DNA of 64,000 nucleotides from Heptranchias perlo. Its lineage: Eukaryota. This document shows, one piece after another, positions 1-12,215 of this stretch. The notes under the pieces were generated by a model that saw nothing but the letters and a program-made list of their open reading frames with translations, was not told the origin of the DNA and ran no database searches. Each line of letters begins with the position of its first letter. Within the stretch, counting starts at the first letter, position 1. The stretch lies in the NCBI RefSeq assembly GCF_035084215.1, contig NC_090359.1, forward strand, positions 24,738,001 to 24,802,000, written 5' to 3'. Position numbers and translations under genes: made by a program.

Positions 1-510
1 AGGGCTATGGGGAAAGAGCAGGGGTGGGAGGGCTAATTAGAAAGCTGCTTCAAAGAGCCAGCACAGCTGTGATGGGCCAAATGGCCTCCTTCCGTGCTGC
101 ATCATTTCATGAATCGAAGCAGCCCAAAGCTTGATCACCTCCGAGGCAGAAGGGCCTAGGTTCGATCCAGCAGCTGGGACAACTGCAATTAGCCTGAGTC
201 TCCCCTGAGCTAGGTGAGTGAAACCACAAGATAAAACAGGCAGGGTTTTGCACCCCCACCACCCCACCACCTTGGCGACTGGCTCCAAACAAAAAGGCGC
301 AGGAGGAGTGGGCATCGAATCTAACTCGGGCGCGACGTCTGCCACAGCCAAATAGCACATCAAGGCATCATGCAAGGGGGGGGGGAAAGAAAATGGAAAA
401 CCAGTGTTGCACTCCACCGAATACAACTGGGCCGGACAAACACTGATAATTCAGGGTGTGCAACACTAAACAGAATCGGTGGTGGTTAAGGGGGGATAAC
501 ACACAGAGCG

Positions 511-525
511 GTTGCCCAGGGCAAC
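511..525. promoter_or_regulatory. RFX X-box in ARRB2 intron 1
   Basis: GTTGCC-CAG-GGCAAC fits the X-box consensus GTNRCC(N0-3)RGYAAC. Confidence 0.45.
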
Positions 526-764
526 AGATACCAGGAGCAAGAACATTTTTTTAAAAAAAAAATAGAGCAGGGCTTTTAAGGGATCGATTTGAATCAGACA
601 CAAGTTAAAAAAAAAAAGAGGGAAGCCCTCCCTTTAAATAAAAAGGAGCAGGCGGGCTGTGGGAGGCAGGGAAGACAGACAGGACACACGGGCTCTGCAG
701 AAAACATGAACAGCACACAATTATTTTTAACACAGCGATAACATTATGGTTAAAATGCACCCAC

Positions 765-787
765 CTCGTGCCAGACTTGTCCCCCAT
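765..787 (-). CDS. ARRB2: Beta-arrestin 2, first coding exon (MGDKSGTR, phase 2); rest of the gene lies left of the window
   Basis: Minus strand reads ACC ATG GGG GAC AAG TCT GGC ACG AG|GTGGGT: good Kozak context, 23-nt exon, GT donor. Matches the beta-arrestin N-terminus (human ARRB2 MGEKPGTR; ARRB1 is one residue shorter, MGDKGTR). ARRB2 neighbours MED11 in mammals. Confidence 0.85.
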
Positions 788-1099
788 GGTCGTTGCCCCC
801 TCCCTCTGAGGTGATTCTTCCAGTGAAGAGAGGGCTGGCTTCTGAGAGAGGGAGAGATTTTTTTTTTTTTGCAGATTAGAAGAGGTTTTTTTTAAAAAAA
901 AAAAAATTTGCATTCAATGGACATCAGGGTCTATCCTTCTTCTTCTTCTTCTTCTTCTTCTTTCCCCCACCTCTCACTCACTCAGGGCCGGCTGCTTTGA
1001 AGCCCAGACAGAGCGGAAACCCCGAGAGTTACAATGTATCCGAGCGCTCCAGTCCAGAGCCCGGGCTACAGCCGGAAAACACCCCCCCCCCCACTCTCA

Positions 1100-1230
1100 C
1101 TCTGAGTGACAGCCCACGCCAGCCAATCGGCCAGGGCTGGGTGGGAGGGGCCACCCCTCGCGTCACGTGGGAGCCGCCACTTCCTAAAGCGCTTTTTTTT
1201 TAGGGGGGGGGGGCTCTTGCTGACGTCACG
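1100..1230. promoter_or_regulatory. Probable ARRB2 proximal promoter
   Basis: CpG-rich stretch upstream of exon 1 with CCAAT (1123-1127), E-box GTCACGTG (1162-1169), ETS core CACTTCC (1178-1184) and palindromic CRE TGACGTCA (1221-1228). Confidence 0.65.
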
Positions 1231-1384
1231 TTGGGTAGGGTTGGGGAAAAGTGCAAGGGGGAAAGGGGGAAGGGGGAGCTGGGAATGGGCAGCTTCACGA
1301 TGGCCAGGGAGAGGGGAACCTCGCTGCCGCATCGTTGGAGGTTTTCCCATTTTGGGGTGGGGTACCGGTCTCGGGCATCGAACG

Positions 1385-2370
1385 CTCCCAGGGCGGGTAC
1401 AGCACGGGTTAGATACAGAGTAAAGCTCCCTCTACACCGTCCCATCAAACACTCCCAGGGCAGGTACAGCACGGGTTAGATACAGAGTAAAGCTCCCTCT
1501 ACACCGTCCCATCAAACACTCCCAGGGCAGGTACAGCACGGGTTAGATACAGAGTAAAGCTCCCTCTACACTGTCCCATCAAACACTCCCAGGGCAGGTA
1601 CAGCACGGGTTAGATACAGAGTAAAGCTCCCTCTACACTGTCCAGTCAAACACTCCCAGAGCAGGGACAGCACGGGGTTAGATACAGAGTAAAGCTCCCT
1701 CTACACCGTCCCATCAAACACTCCCGGGGCAGGTACAGCACGGGTTAGATACAGAGTAAAGCTCCCTCTACACCGTGCCATCAAACACTCCCGGGGCAGG
1801 TACAGCACGGGGTTAGATACAGAGTAAAGCTCCCTCTACACTGTCCAGTCAAACACTCCCAGAGCAGGGACAGCACGGGGTTAGATACAGAGTAAAGCTC
1901 CCTCTACACCGTCCCATCAAACACTCCCAGGGCAGGTACAGCACGGGTTAGATACAGAGTAAAGCTCCCTCTACACTGTCCAGTCAAACACTCCCAGAGC
2001 AGGGACAGCACGGGGTTAGATACAGAGTAAAGCTCCCTCTACACCGTCCCATCAAACACTCCCGGGGCAGGTACAGCACGGGTTAGATACAGAGTAAAGC
2101 TCCCTCTACACCGTCCCATCAAACACTCCCGGGGCAGGTACAGCACGGGGTTAGATACAGAGTAAAGCTCCCTCTACACTGTCCAGTCAAACACTCCCAG
2201 AGCAGGGACAGCACGGGGTTAGATACAGAGTAAAGCTCCCTCTACACCGTCCCATCAAACACTCCCGGGGCAGGTACAGCACGGGTTAGATACAGAGTAA
2301 AGCTCCCTCTACACTGTCCAGTCAAACAGTCCCAGGTACATGGTGGGTTAGATTCAGTGTAAAGCTCCCT
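1385..2370 (+). repeat. 67/68-bp minisatellite array (ACAGCACGGGTTAGATACAGAGTAAAGCTCCCTCTACACTGTCCCATCAAACACTCCCAGGGCAGGT)
   Basis: About 14 direct tandem copies, with two interspersed variants. Confidence 0.95.
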
Positions 2371-2549
2371 CACCTCTGCCCCAATAATGTGCCTCAGTCA
2401 CAACCCAAAACTCAACAGATTGCCTTCTACTGCACAGTGTAACATTATTCCATTTTTGACTTGTGCTCATGATAAAATTGCATTGATTCAATTACAGATC
2501 TCCTTTATATTGTAAGTAAGATTTGCCAATATTTATCAAATCCACACCT

Positions 2550-3245
2550 GACCTATTTGACCCCGAGATGAGCTTCCGACCCCATATCCGCTCCATCGCC
2601 AAGACCGCCTACTTCCACCTCCACAATATTACCCGTCTCCGCCCCCGCCTCAGCTCACCTGCTGCTGAAACCCTCATCCGTGCCTTTGTTACCTCCAGAC
2701 TTGACTATTCCAAGGCTCTCCCTGGCCGGCCTCCCATCTTCCACCCTCCATAAACATGAGCTCAGCCAAAGCTCTGCTGCCCGTACATTAACTCGCACCG
2801 AGTCCCGTTCACCCATCGCCCACTGTGATCGCTGACCGACATTGGCTCCCTGTCTGGCAAATCCTCAATTTTAAAATTCTTCATCCTTGTTTTCAAATCC
2901 CTCCAGGCCCTCGCTCCCCCTCCCCTAGCTCTGTAACCTCCTCTAGCCCTGCAACCCTCCGAGATCTCTGCGCTCCTCCAATTCTGGCCCCTTGCGCATC
3001 CCTGATTTCCATCGCTCCACCATTGGCGGCCGTGCCTTCAGCTGCCTGGGCCCTAAGCTCTGGAATTCCCTCCCTAAACCCCTCCGCCTCTCTCTCCTCA
3101 TTTAAGCCGCTCCTTAAAACTTACCTCGCTGACCAAGCTTTTGGTCACCTGTCCTAATGTCTCCTTATGTGGCTCGGAGTCTCCCGTGAAGCGCCTTGGG
3201 GCGTTTTACTATGTTAAAGGCGCTATATAAATGCAAGTTGTTGTT
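2550..3245 (+). mobile_element. L2-clade LINE, 3' fragment
   Basis: Translation AETLIRAFVTSRLDYS..HWLPV..FKIL is typical of the L2 ORF2 C-terminus; 3' end GGCGCTATATAAATGCAAGTTGTTGTT. Confidence 0.85.
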
Positions 3246-3729
3246 ATAGACAGGGATGGACATAAGGCATACCTCAAATTGCTGCCAATGACAGATTTCA
3301 ATTTAGGATTTAAATCCCTTTGCCTCTCCACCTCCCTCTCCTTTTTCACTACTTTAAATCCACTTGTTTGACCAAGCTTTTTGTCACCCCTCCTAAGATC
3401 TCATTCTTTGGCTCGGTATCAATTTTTTGTCTGTTTACACTGTAAATGTAGTTGTATATGGCTAAGGACGGCCCCTTTCCAAATCTCCAGGGCCACAAGA
3501 TTCAAACAGGACAGGCCAACGAGAAACGAATACAAGGGCCAATGGAATTGAGGGAATCTGGACTTCAAGGGCTTGATTGCTGGGATTATTGGGCTGCAAA
3601 TGGGGCCCTCCTGCTGTAAAGCATATACAGGCTGAGATCCAGAGATTAACTTAGTTAATTGTGAAAAATAATTGGGAATATTAATACCCGCACATCCTGA
3701 GGAGCATTAGCAAACGGGGAAAAGTTACT

Positions 3730-4172
3730 GTTTCACCCATCACCCCTGTACTCGGCAACCTACATTGGCTCCTGGTCTGGCAGCTGCTCAAATTTAAAAT
3801 TCTTATCCTTTGTTAAAATCCTTCCATGGCCTCACCCCCTCCTTTTCTCTCTAACCTCCTCCAGCCCCCAGAGAACTCCGCGCTCCTCCAATTCCAGCCC
3901 CTTGGCGCATCCCTGACTTCCTTCGCCCCTCCATTGGCGGCCGTGCCTTCAGCTGCCTGGGCCCTAAGCTCTGGAATTCCCTCCCTAAACCTCTCCGCCT
4001 CTCTCTCCTCCTTTAAGGCCTTCCTTAAAACCTACCTCTATTGACCAAGCTTTTGGTCACCTGTCCTAATATCTCCTTCTGTGGCTCAATGTCAAATTTT
4101 GTTTGATAATCGCTCCTGTGAAGTGCCTCGGGACGTTTTTACTGAAGTCGCTATATAAATGCGAGTTGTTGT
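3730..4172 (+). mobile_element. L2-clade LINE, 3' fragment
   Basis: Same family and 3' tail as 2550-3245. Confidence 0.8.
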
Positions 4173-4999
4173 TGAATTTACAAATGGACAAACACACCCT
4201 CTCCCCAAATGCCAGAAGGGAGGGGGGATATCAGGCAAAGTTTCCCTTCCTGATCGCTATCCAAAGGGTGAGGACATTCATTTTTTTTTAATTTGTTCTC
4301 GGGATGTGGGCATCGTTGGCAAGGCCAGCATTTATTGCCCATCCCTAACTGCCCTTCAGAAGATGGTGGTGAGCGAGATTGTACAACTGAGTGGCTTGCT
4401 AGGCCATTTAAGGATCAACCACATTGCTGTGGGTTTGGAGTCACATATAGGCCAGACTGGTGTAAGGACTGCAGGATTCCTTCCCTAAAGGACGTTAGTG
4501 GACTAGATGGGTTTTTACGACAATCTGGTAGTTTCATGGCCACCATTACTGATACTAATTTTTTTTTTAATTCCAGATTTTATTTAATTAATTGAATTTA
4601 AATTCCCCAGCTGCTCTGAGCGGGATTTGAACTCATGATTATTAGTCCGGAAAGATAACCACTATACTGCCGTACCCGAATGAGATCAGCCATGATGCCT
4701 TCCTCGGTGAAATAGCTTGCCATCGCTCACTATCCAGGCTCGTACATGATGACTGGTCACTTGGACGTCCTGAGGAGATGAAAGTCTTATTTTTCTCCAA
4801 CATAAATAAATTGGAAGGCAGCCAACACCTCTGGACCTGTCCCCTCACTAAAATAAATGCTTCAATTTCAATCTTACTGTTGGGCACGTCATTGCCTTAA
4901 TGTGTCACTGCCTTATAATGCACTCTAGGCTGGGTGCTGTTCTGTGTGTAATATATATCCTGCTATTAACAGACATTAGAATGTAGGGGAAAAATAAGA

Positions 5000-5430
5000 C
5001 TGTCACCTCCTCGGGACACCCCAAAGCACTCCACAGCCAATGGATTACTTTCAAAGTGCAGTCAAAGTTAGTTTTGTAGATTAATAGACCAACCAAATTC
5101 TGCACAACACGGTCCCACAAATGGCACATTAGACGATCGACCAGATAATCTGCTTTTGATGTTGTTAGTTGAGGGACAAATATCGGCCAGGACACCCGGT
5201 GGACTCCTCTGCCCTCCTTCAAAATAGTGGCCACGGGATCTTTGACGTCCACCTGAGAGGGCAGACGGGACCTGGGTTTAACGTCTCATCCCAAAGACGG
5301 CAACATGCGACAGCGCGGCGCTCCCTCAGCACTGGCACTGGCACTGGCAGTGCCAGCCTAGATTGTGTGCTCTAGCCGTGGAGTGAGACTTGAACCCACC
5401 ACCTTGGGACTCAAGAGAGTTACCCACTGA
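5000..5430 (-). mobile_element. tRNA-derived Deu-core SINE (SacSINE1-like)
   Basis: Reverse complement contains a tRNA-like head, the Deu-domain signature CCGGGTGTCCTGGCC and an L2-like tail. Confidence 0.7.
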
Positions 5431-5860
5431 GTGAAATCTGATCTCCTGGCTTGAAACAAAAAAAAGACCATGAAAACTGGAAAATTAAAATTAAAAAATG
5501 TTTGCCTCCCGTTCCTATTTTCCCTCCTGTGCCCTCCCTTGAATCGGCACTAATCCGATCATTCCAATTACAGCCTTTCAGTCTTCATGTGACCCTAGGA
5601 TTGGGTTCCTTTTAGTGAAACCACAGGACTGACTAATAGGCCAGAATAATAATCTCAATCTTCCGGGAAATGCTGGCCATCCACTCCTGCGGTTTATTTT
5701 GTTATCTGAACCCCTTGGTCATATTCCCGTCTTGCTGCCTCACTCCTCTAATGGATTGTAATTTTGATGGTAAAAGAACTTCAGAAAGAAATGATTGCTA
5801 TAAATCAGAATCGAATGACCACTTAGTCAGTTCACTGACTTCCCAATGCTGAGACGCACT

Positions 5861-6223
5861 CAGGGTCGCCAACTTTCCAGGATTGACCTGGAATCTCCAG
5901 GAATTGAAGATTAATCTCCAGGACACATGCCAGGAGCAACACCTGGGAGAAAAATCATAGGGGCATTAAAAAAAAAATTTGCTTATCAGTTCTAAAAATA
6001 TTGGAGACGGGAAAAGAAAGGATGTTTGGCGAGAGTCAAGAATCATTCCAATCGGAAAAGGAAGACTCTCTTTGCTTTCCCAATTGGCGTGGGAAGGCGG
6101 TGCCTCGCGACGATGGACGCGTTGGGCGACCAATGGCGGGAGTGTGGGGGCGGGACGGTTGGAAGGCAGGAAGTCACATGAAGAAACCTCCCGAAATACG
6201 TCCGACCAGAGTTGGCAACCCTC
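5861..6223 (+). mobile_element. hAT-type MITE
   Basis: TIR CAGGGTCGCCAAC / GTTGGCAACCCT; 8-bp TSD GACGCACT/GATGCACT (1 mismatch). Confidence 0.75.
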
Positions 6224-6227
6224 GATG

Positions 6228-7125
6228 CACTATGTGAGGCGGACACAAGAGTCTGCAAAGGACTATGGAGAGATTAAGTGAGGGGGCAAGAAGGTGGCAG
6301 GTGGAGTATAATGTGGGGAAATGTGAGGTTATTCACTTTGGGGGGGAAGAATAGAAAAACAGAATGTTTTTAAAATGATGAGAAACTATTAAATGTTGGC
6401 ATTCAGAGAAACTTGGGTGTCCTGGTACAAGAAACACAAAAAGTTAGTGTGCAGGTACAGCAGGCAATTAGGAAAGCAAATGGCATGTTGGCCTTTATTG
6501 CAAGGAGGTTGGAGTACAAGAGTAAGGAAGTCTTACTATAATTGTACAGGGCTTTAGTGAGACCTCACCTGGAGTACTGCAAATAGTTTTGGTCTCCTTA
6601 TCTAAAGAAGGATATACTTGCCTTAGAGGCCGTGCAACAGAGGTTCACTAGATTAATTCTTGGGGTGAGAGTGTTGTCCTATGAGGAGAGATTGAGTAGA
6701 ATGGGCCTATACTCTCTGGAGTTTAGAAGAATGAGAGGTGATCTCATTGAAACATATAAAATTATGAGGGGGCTTGACAGGGTAGATGCTGAGAGGTTGT
6801 TTCCCCTGGCTGGAGCGTCTAGAACCAGGGGGCATAGTCGCAGGATAAGGGGTCGGCCATTCAAAACTGAGATGAGGAGGAATTTCTGCACTCAGAGGGT
6901 TGTGAATCTTTAGAATTTCCTACCCCAGAGGGCTGTGGATGCTGAGTCATTGAATATATTCAAAGCTGAGATGGATAGATTTTTGGACTCTAGGGGAATC
7001 AAGGGATAAGGGGATCAGGCAGGAAAGCGGATTTGAGGTCGAAGATCAGCCATCATCAGATTGAATGGCGGAGCAGCTCGAGGGGCTGTGTGGCCCACTC
7101 CTGCTCCTATTTCTTATGTTCTTAT
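6228..7125 (+). mobile_element. CR1 LINE, 3' fragment
   Basis: Translation QRFTRLI..LSYEERLSRMGLYSLEFRRMRGDLIETYKI..TRGH..FKTEMRRNF; CR1 3' tail TTCTTATGTTCTTAT. Confidence 0.9.
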
Positions 7126-7829
7126 AATAACGATCTCCTCGGCTAGCGTGCGTCCAAGTCATTTCAAGACTTGAACAGCGCTCCCATATCTGGGAGGCTC
7201 TTCGACACCTCTCACACTCCTACACATGGCAGAAGAAAAGGCGGGGCAATCTGATGGCCAACCCATCAAACTTTCTCCTCTCCATCTATTACATCGATGG
7301 TCAGCAAGGTAAGGGTACCAAGGGATGTGGAGTGTAGGCAGATAAATGGAATTAAAGTGCAGGTCAGCCATGATCCAATTGAATAGCGGGGCAGGCTCGA
7401 AGGACTCAATTGCCGACTCTTGTTCCCATGTTTCTGGACATCCCCCCCGCCCCATCTAATTGCAAATGTAATACCCAACACAATCTTCCTCCTCACCTCG
7501 AGACTAAACATACTGTCGGCACCTCAAAATCATTCGTTCTCAGAAACTCAAATCTGTGGCACGCCTCACCTCCCTCCTACGATCTGCAGGCTCATGCTTG
7601 GCTTCAGCTCACCGCTAACTCTTGATTGATCTCATCTTCTCTCCTCTTTCCTGCCCGCCCCCAACTCTGCTGATGTCCTACTCCCTGGGCCTCGGCTCCA
7701 CGGCTGATCCCCTTTTGATTGATCTGAAGCACACTGGTTCATCTCTTCACAAGTTTATCTGTCAATCCCTTCTCTCAGTTCCAGCTCCAGGCCGACACCC
7801 ACCCCCCCCCCCCCAACTCCACCAAGCGC

Positions 7830-8190
7830 CAGTACTGAGGGAGCGCTGCGCTGCTGGAGGTGTCATCTTTCGGATGAGACGATAAACCGAGGCCCCGTCT
7901 CCCCTCTCAGGTGGATGTAAAAGATCCCACGGCCACTATTTCGAAGGGGAGCAGGGGAGTTCTCCCCGGTGTCCTGGGCCAATATTTGGTAACCCTCAAC
8001 CAACATCTACAACAGGTGATCTGATCATTTATCACACTGCCGTTTGTGGGATCTTGCTGTGCACAAATTGGCTGCTGTGTTTCCTACATTACAACAGTGA
8101 CTACACTTCAAAAGTACTTCATTGGCTTTAAAGTGCTTTGGGACATCCTGAGGTTGTGAAAGTCACTATATAAATGCAAGTCTTTCTTTC
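7830..8190 (+). mobile_element. Deu-core SINE (SacSINE1-like)
   Basis: CCCCGGTGTCCTGGGCCAA core and L2-like tail ACTATATAAATGCAAG. Confidence 0.75.
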
Positions 8191-8517
8191 TTTCATCGCT
8201 AGCCAGTGACTACTAGTAGAAGTGCCAGTGGTTTGGCTGTGATGCCTCACATGGTTAAGTAGTGTCCAGGCTCACGCGTGAAGAGTGCCCCCCCCCCCCC
8301 CCCCTCCCGGCCTGCCAGCATTCATGGAATTATATCAAAAGAAGAAATAGGAGGGAAGTCATGAGGGGAGAAACTGAAGGAAAGGAGGAGATGTGATGGG
8401 GGAAATAATTGAAAATTGAGGGATTAAGAAAGGCAAATGGACTTGCATTTATACAGCGCCTTTCACAACCTCAGGATGTCCCGAAGCGCTTTACGGCCAA
8501 TGAATTATCCTTGAAAT

Positions 8518-8642
8518 CACTCACCTGACGAAGGAGGAAGCCTCCGAAAGCTTGTGATTTTAAATAAAGCTGTTGGACTATAACCTGGTGTTGTAAGACT
8601 CCTTACATTTGTCCACCCCAGGCCATCACCGGCATCTCCACA
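8518..8642 (+). mobile_element. Penelope-like element terminal fragment with 9-bp TSD, nested in a SINE
   Basis: Flanked by CCTTGAAAT (8509-8517 and 8643-8651). Carries a hammerhead motif, AATAAA and a tail resembling shark Penelope-type ends (from memory). Confidence 0.7.
8521..8557 (+). ncRNA. Minimal type I hammerhead ribozyme motif
   Basis: TCAC-CTGACGA-A-GGAGG(AAG)CCTCC-GAAA-GC-TT-GTGA: conserved core, 5-bp stem II, stem I TCAC/GTGA, palindromic AGCT stem III. Confidence 0.65.
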
Positions 8643-8704
8643 CCTTGAAATGTAGTCACTGTTGTTATGTAGGCAAACGCGACAGCCAATCTGCGCACAG
8701 CAAG

Positions 8705-9028
8705 AAGGGTTGCCAAGTCTGGTTGAACATATTCCAGGAGCTTTCGTCATATGACCTCCTGCTACCAATCAGCCCACTGCTGCACTCCCGCCATTGGTCA
8801 GTCAACACATCCATCCTGCCCATCCCACACCAATTGGAAAGCAAACAGACTCTTTGTTACCCGATTGGCTGATTCTTGACTGTCAGTCAAACAATCTTTT
8901 ATCCCATCTCCGATCTTTTTTTATGCCCCTCTATGATTTTCCTCCTGGGTTTCCTCACAGCAGTGTCTGGGAGATGAATCTTTAATTGCTGGAGACTCCA
9001 GGGCAATCCAGAAGAATTGGCGGCCATA
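8705..9028 (-). mobile_element. hAT-type MITE (same family as 5861-6223), nested in a SINE
   Basis: Starts AGGGTTGCCAAG; interior is the reverse complement of 5861-6223; right TIR degenerate. Confidence 0.65.
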
Positions 9029-9184
9029 AAAGTAAGGTCCCACAAAGAGTAAATGAGATAAGCTACCAGTTAATCTAGCTTGGTTCTATTGGTTAAGCAA
9101 TTTTACATGGAAATTACAGCACAGAAACTGGCCATTCGGCCCAACTGATCCATGCCAGTGTTTATGCTCCATATGAGCCTCCTA

Positions 9185-10050
9185 CATAAGAACATAAGAA
9201 ATAGGAGCAGGAGTAGGCCAATCGGCCCCTCGAGCCTGCTCCGCCATTCAATAAGGTCATGGCTGATCTGATCCTAACCTCAAATCTAAATTCATGTCTA
9301 ATTTCCTGCCCGCTCCCCGTAACCCCTAATTCCCTTTACTTCTAGGAAACTGTCTATTTCTGTTTTAAATTTATTTAATGATGTAGCTTCCACAGCTTCC
9401 TGGGGCAGCAAATTCCACAGACCTACTGCCCTCTGAGTGAAGAAGTTTTTCCTCATCTCAGTTTTGAAAGAGCAGCCCCTTATTCTAAGATTATGCCCCC
9501 TAGTTCTAGTTTCACCCATCCTTGGGAACATCCTTACCGCATCCACCCGATCAAGCCCCTTCACAATCTTATATGTTTCAATAAGATCGCCTCTCATTCT
9601 TCTGAACTCCAATGAGTAGAGTCCCAATCTACTCAACCTCTCCTCATATGTCCGCCCCCCTCATCCCCGGGATTAACCGAGTGAACCTTCTTTGTACTGC
9701 CTCGAGAGCAAGCATGTCTTTTCTTAAGTATGGAGACCAAAACTGTATGCAGTATTCCAGGTGCGGTCTCACCAATACCTTATATAACTGCAGCAATACC
9801 TCCCTGTTTTTATATTCTATCCCCCTGGCAATAAAAGCCAACATTCCGTTGGCCTTCTTGATCACCTGCTGCACCTGCATACTAACTCCCACCCTACCTC
9901 ATCCTTCTATTCCTTTCTCCCTCATGTGTTCATCTAACTTCCCCTTAAATGCATCTACACTATTCGCCTCAACTACTCCTTGTGATAGCGAGTTCCACAT
10001 TTTCACCACTCTCTGGGTAAAGAAGTTTCTCCTGAATTCCGTATTGGAAT
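9185..10050 (-). mobile_element. CR1 LINE fragments (nested)
   Basis: ORFs 9298..9636 and 9644..9892 give LVRPHLEYCIQFWSP and RRMRGDLIETYKI. Confidence 0.9.
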
Positions 10051-10319
10051 AGCCAAAACTGACACTTTGGTAAGCCTACATAATTCTATCCTTTACAAGC
10101 CATGGGAAAACACTTCCGTTACATCGTTAAATACATGCCGGTGCCAGGACCTGAACACAGACGTCAAGTGCAATCTCCATACAATTGACCGATTAGTGTG
10201 TTGACATCTGATATGCTGGCACCCGGGATTATTTTATTGACTCTTTCTTCACCTCAAGCTGTTGTTCACTTCAAGCTGTGCTCAGACGTACGTCGGACGT
10301 AAAAGTTTAACGGCGTAAA

Positions 10320-10850
10320 ACATTGAGCACTGTGCACAGTTCTGGTCTCCATATTATAAAAACAGATATAGAGGCACTGGTGAAGGTCTAAAAAAGATTT
10401 ACAAGGATGATACCAGAACTGAGAGGTTATAGCTATCAGGAAAGACTGAACTCTCTCGAAAAGAGAAGGCTGAGGGGGTGACCTGATCGAGGTCTTTACA
10501 ATTACGAAAGGGTTTGATAGGGTAGATGAAGAGAAAATGTCTTCATTTGTGGGGGAGACCAAAACTAGGGGCCAATAAATATAAGATAGTCACTAATAAA
10601 TCCAATAGAGAATTCAGGAGAAACTTCTTTACCCAGAGAGTGGTGAGAATGTGGAACTCGCTACCCGATGGAGTAGTTGAGGCGAATAGTGTAGATGCAT
10701 TTAAGGGGAAGCTAGATAAACACATGAGGGAGAAAGGAAGAGAAGGATATACTGATAGAGTGAGTGGGAGGAGGCTCGTGTGGAGCATAAACACCAGCAC
10801 AGACCAGTTGGCCTTAAGGGCCTGTTTCTGTGATGTACGTTCTATGTAAT
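10320..10850 (+). mobile_element. CR1 LINE, 3' fragment
   Basis: Translation RRNFFTQRVVRMWNSLP..FKGKLDK. Confidence 0.85.
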
Positions 10851-10956
10851 TCTATGAAATTCGATGGAAACGCTGCAACCCGTCTGTCACATCTCTTTTC
10901 TTTCTTCGGCCCAAAGCAATGTTCCCTGACAAAGGGAAGGAAAGAATGGAGCGGGG

Positions 10957-11680
10957 GTGGGGGGGTGGGTGGGAGGGCAGGGGGTTGGAGAGGGTGAGAG
11001 GGGCAGGGGTTTGGGGGGTGGGAGGGCAGGGAGTTGTGGGGGGTGGGAGGGCAGGGAGTTGGGGGGGGGGGGTGGGAGGGCAGGGAGTTGGGGGGGGGGG
11101 TGGGAGGGCAGGTGGTTGGGGGGGGGGTGGGAGGGCAGGGAGTTGGGGGGGGGGTGGGAGGGCAGGGAGTTGGGGGGGGGGTGGGAGGGCAGGGAGTTGG
11201 GGGGGGGGGTGGGAGGGCAGGGAGTTGGGGGGGGGTGGGAGGGCAGGGAGTTGGGGGGGTGGGAGGGCAGGGGTTTGGGGGTGGTGGGAGGGCAGGGTGT
11301 TGAGGGGGTGGGAGGGCAGGGTGTTGGGGGGGTGGGAGGGCAGGGTGTTGAGGGGGTGGGAGGGCAGGGTGTTGGGGGGGTGGGAGGGCAGGGTGTTGGG
11401 GGGGTGGGAGGGCAGGGTGTTGAGGGGGTGGGAGGGCAGGGTGTTGGGGGGGTGGGAGGGCAGGGTGTTGGGGGGGTGGGAGGGCAGGGTGTTGGGGGGG
11501 TGGGAGGGCAGGGTGTTGAGGGGGTGGGAGGGTGGGAGGGCAGGGGTTTGGGGGGGTGGGAGGGGCAGGGTGTTGGGGGTGGTGGGAGGGCAGGGTGTTG
11601 GGGGGGTGGGAGGGTGGGAGGGCAGGGGTTTGGGGGGGTGGGAGGGCAGGGTGTTGAGGGGGTGGGAGGGGCAGGCGGGT
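10957..11680 (+). repeat. G-rich ~24-bp minisatellite ([24 protein letters not shown])
   Basis: Tandem copies with variable G-runs. Confidence 0.9.
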
Positions 11681-11879
11681 GGCACTTACGTGGTGACAGT
11701 TTAAATTGATGCTGCATTATTAGTCCAGTAACGTAACCACCACACGATCGTACCCAATAACGTCACAGAATGGTAAAATGGTATGGTGCAGAAACATTCG
11801 GCCCATCAAGTCTGTGCAGGGGTTTATCCCCGTTTGAGCCACCGAGTCTAACCTCAGGCCCTGCACCCTGATAATATTC

Positions 11880-12215
11880 ATGCGGCAGCCAATTTGCGCA
11901 CAGCAAGGTCCAACAAACAGCGATGTGACAATGACCAGATAATCTGTTTCTCAGTGATGTCGGTTGAGGGATAAATATTGGCCCCAGGGAGAACTCCCAC
12001 TGCTCTTCTTCCAATAGTACCATGGGAACATTTACGTCCACCTGAGAGGGCAGACGGGACCTCAGTTTAGCGTCTCGTCCGAAAGACTGCACCTCTGACA
12101 GTGCAGCACTCCCTCAGCATTGTATTGGGAGTGTCGGCCTGGATTATGTGCTCAAGTCTCGGGAGTGGGACTTGAACCCATGACCTTCTGACTCAGAGGC
12201 GTGACCGCTACCAAG
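11880..12215 (-). mobile_element. Deu-core SINE
   Basis: Same family as 7830-8190, reverse orientation; B-box GGTTCAAGTCCC on the minus strand. Confidence 0.75.

Noticed and set aside
605-913. In-frame upstream ATG giving a 42-aa ARRB2 N-terminal extension
   Set aside because: Crosses long homopolymers, is low complexity, and the downstream ATG matches the conserved N-terminus.
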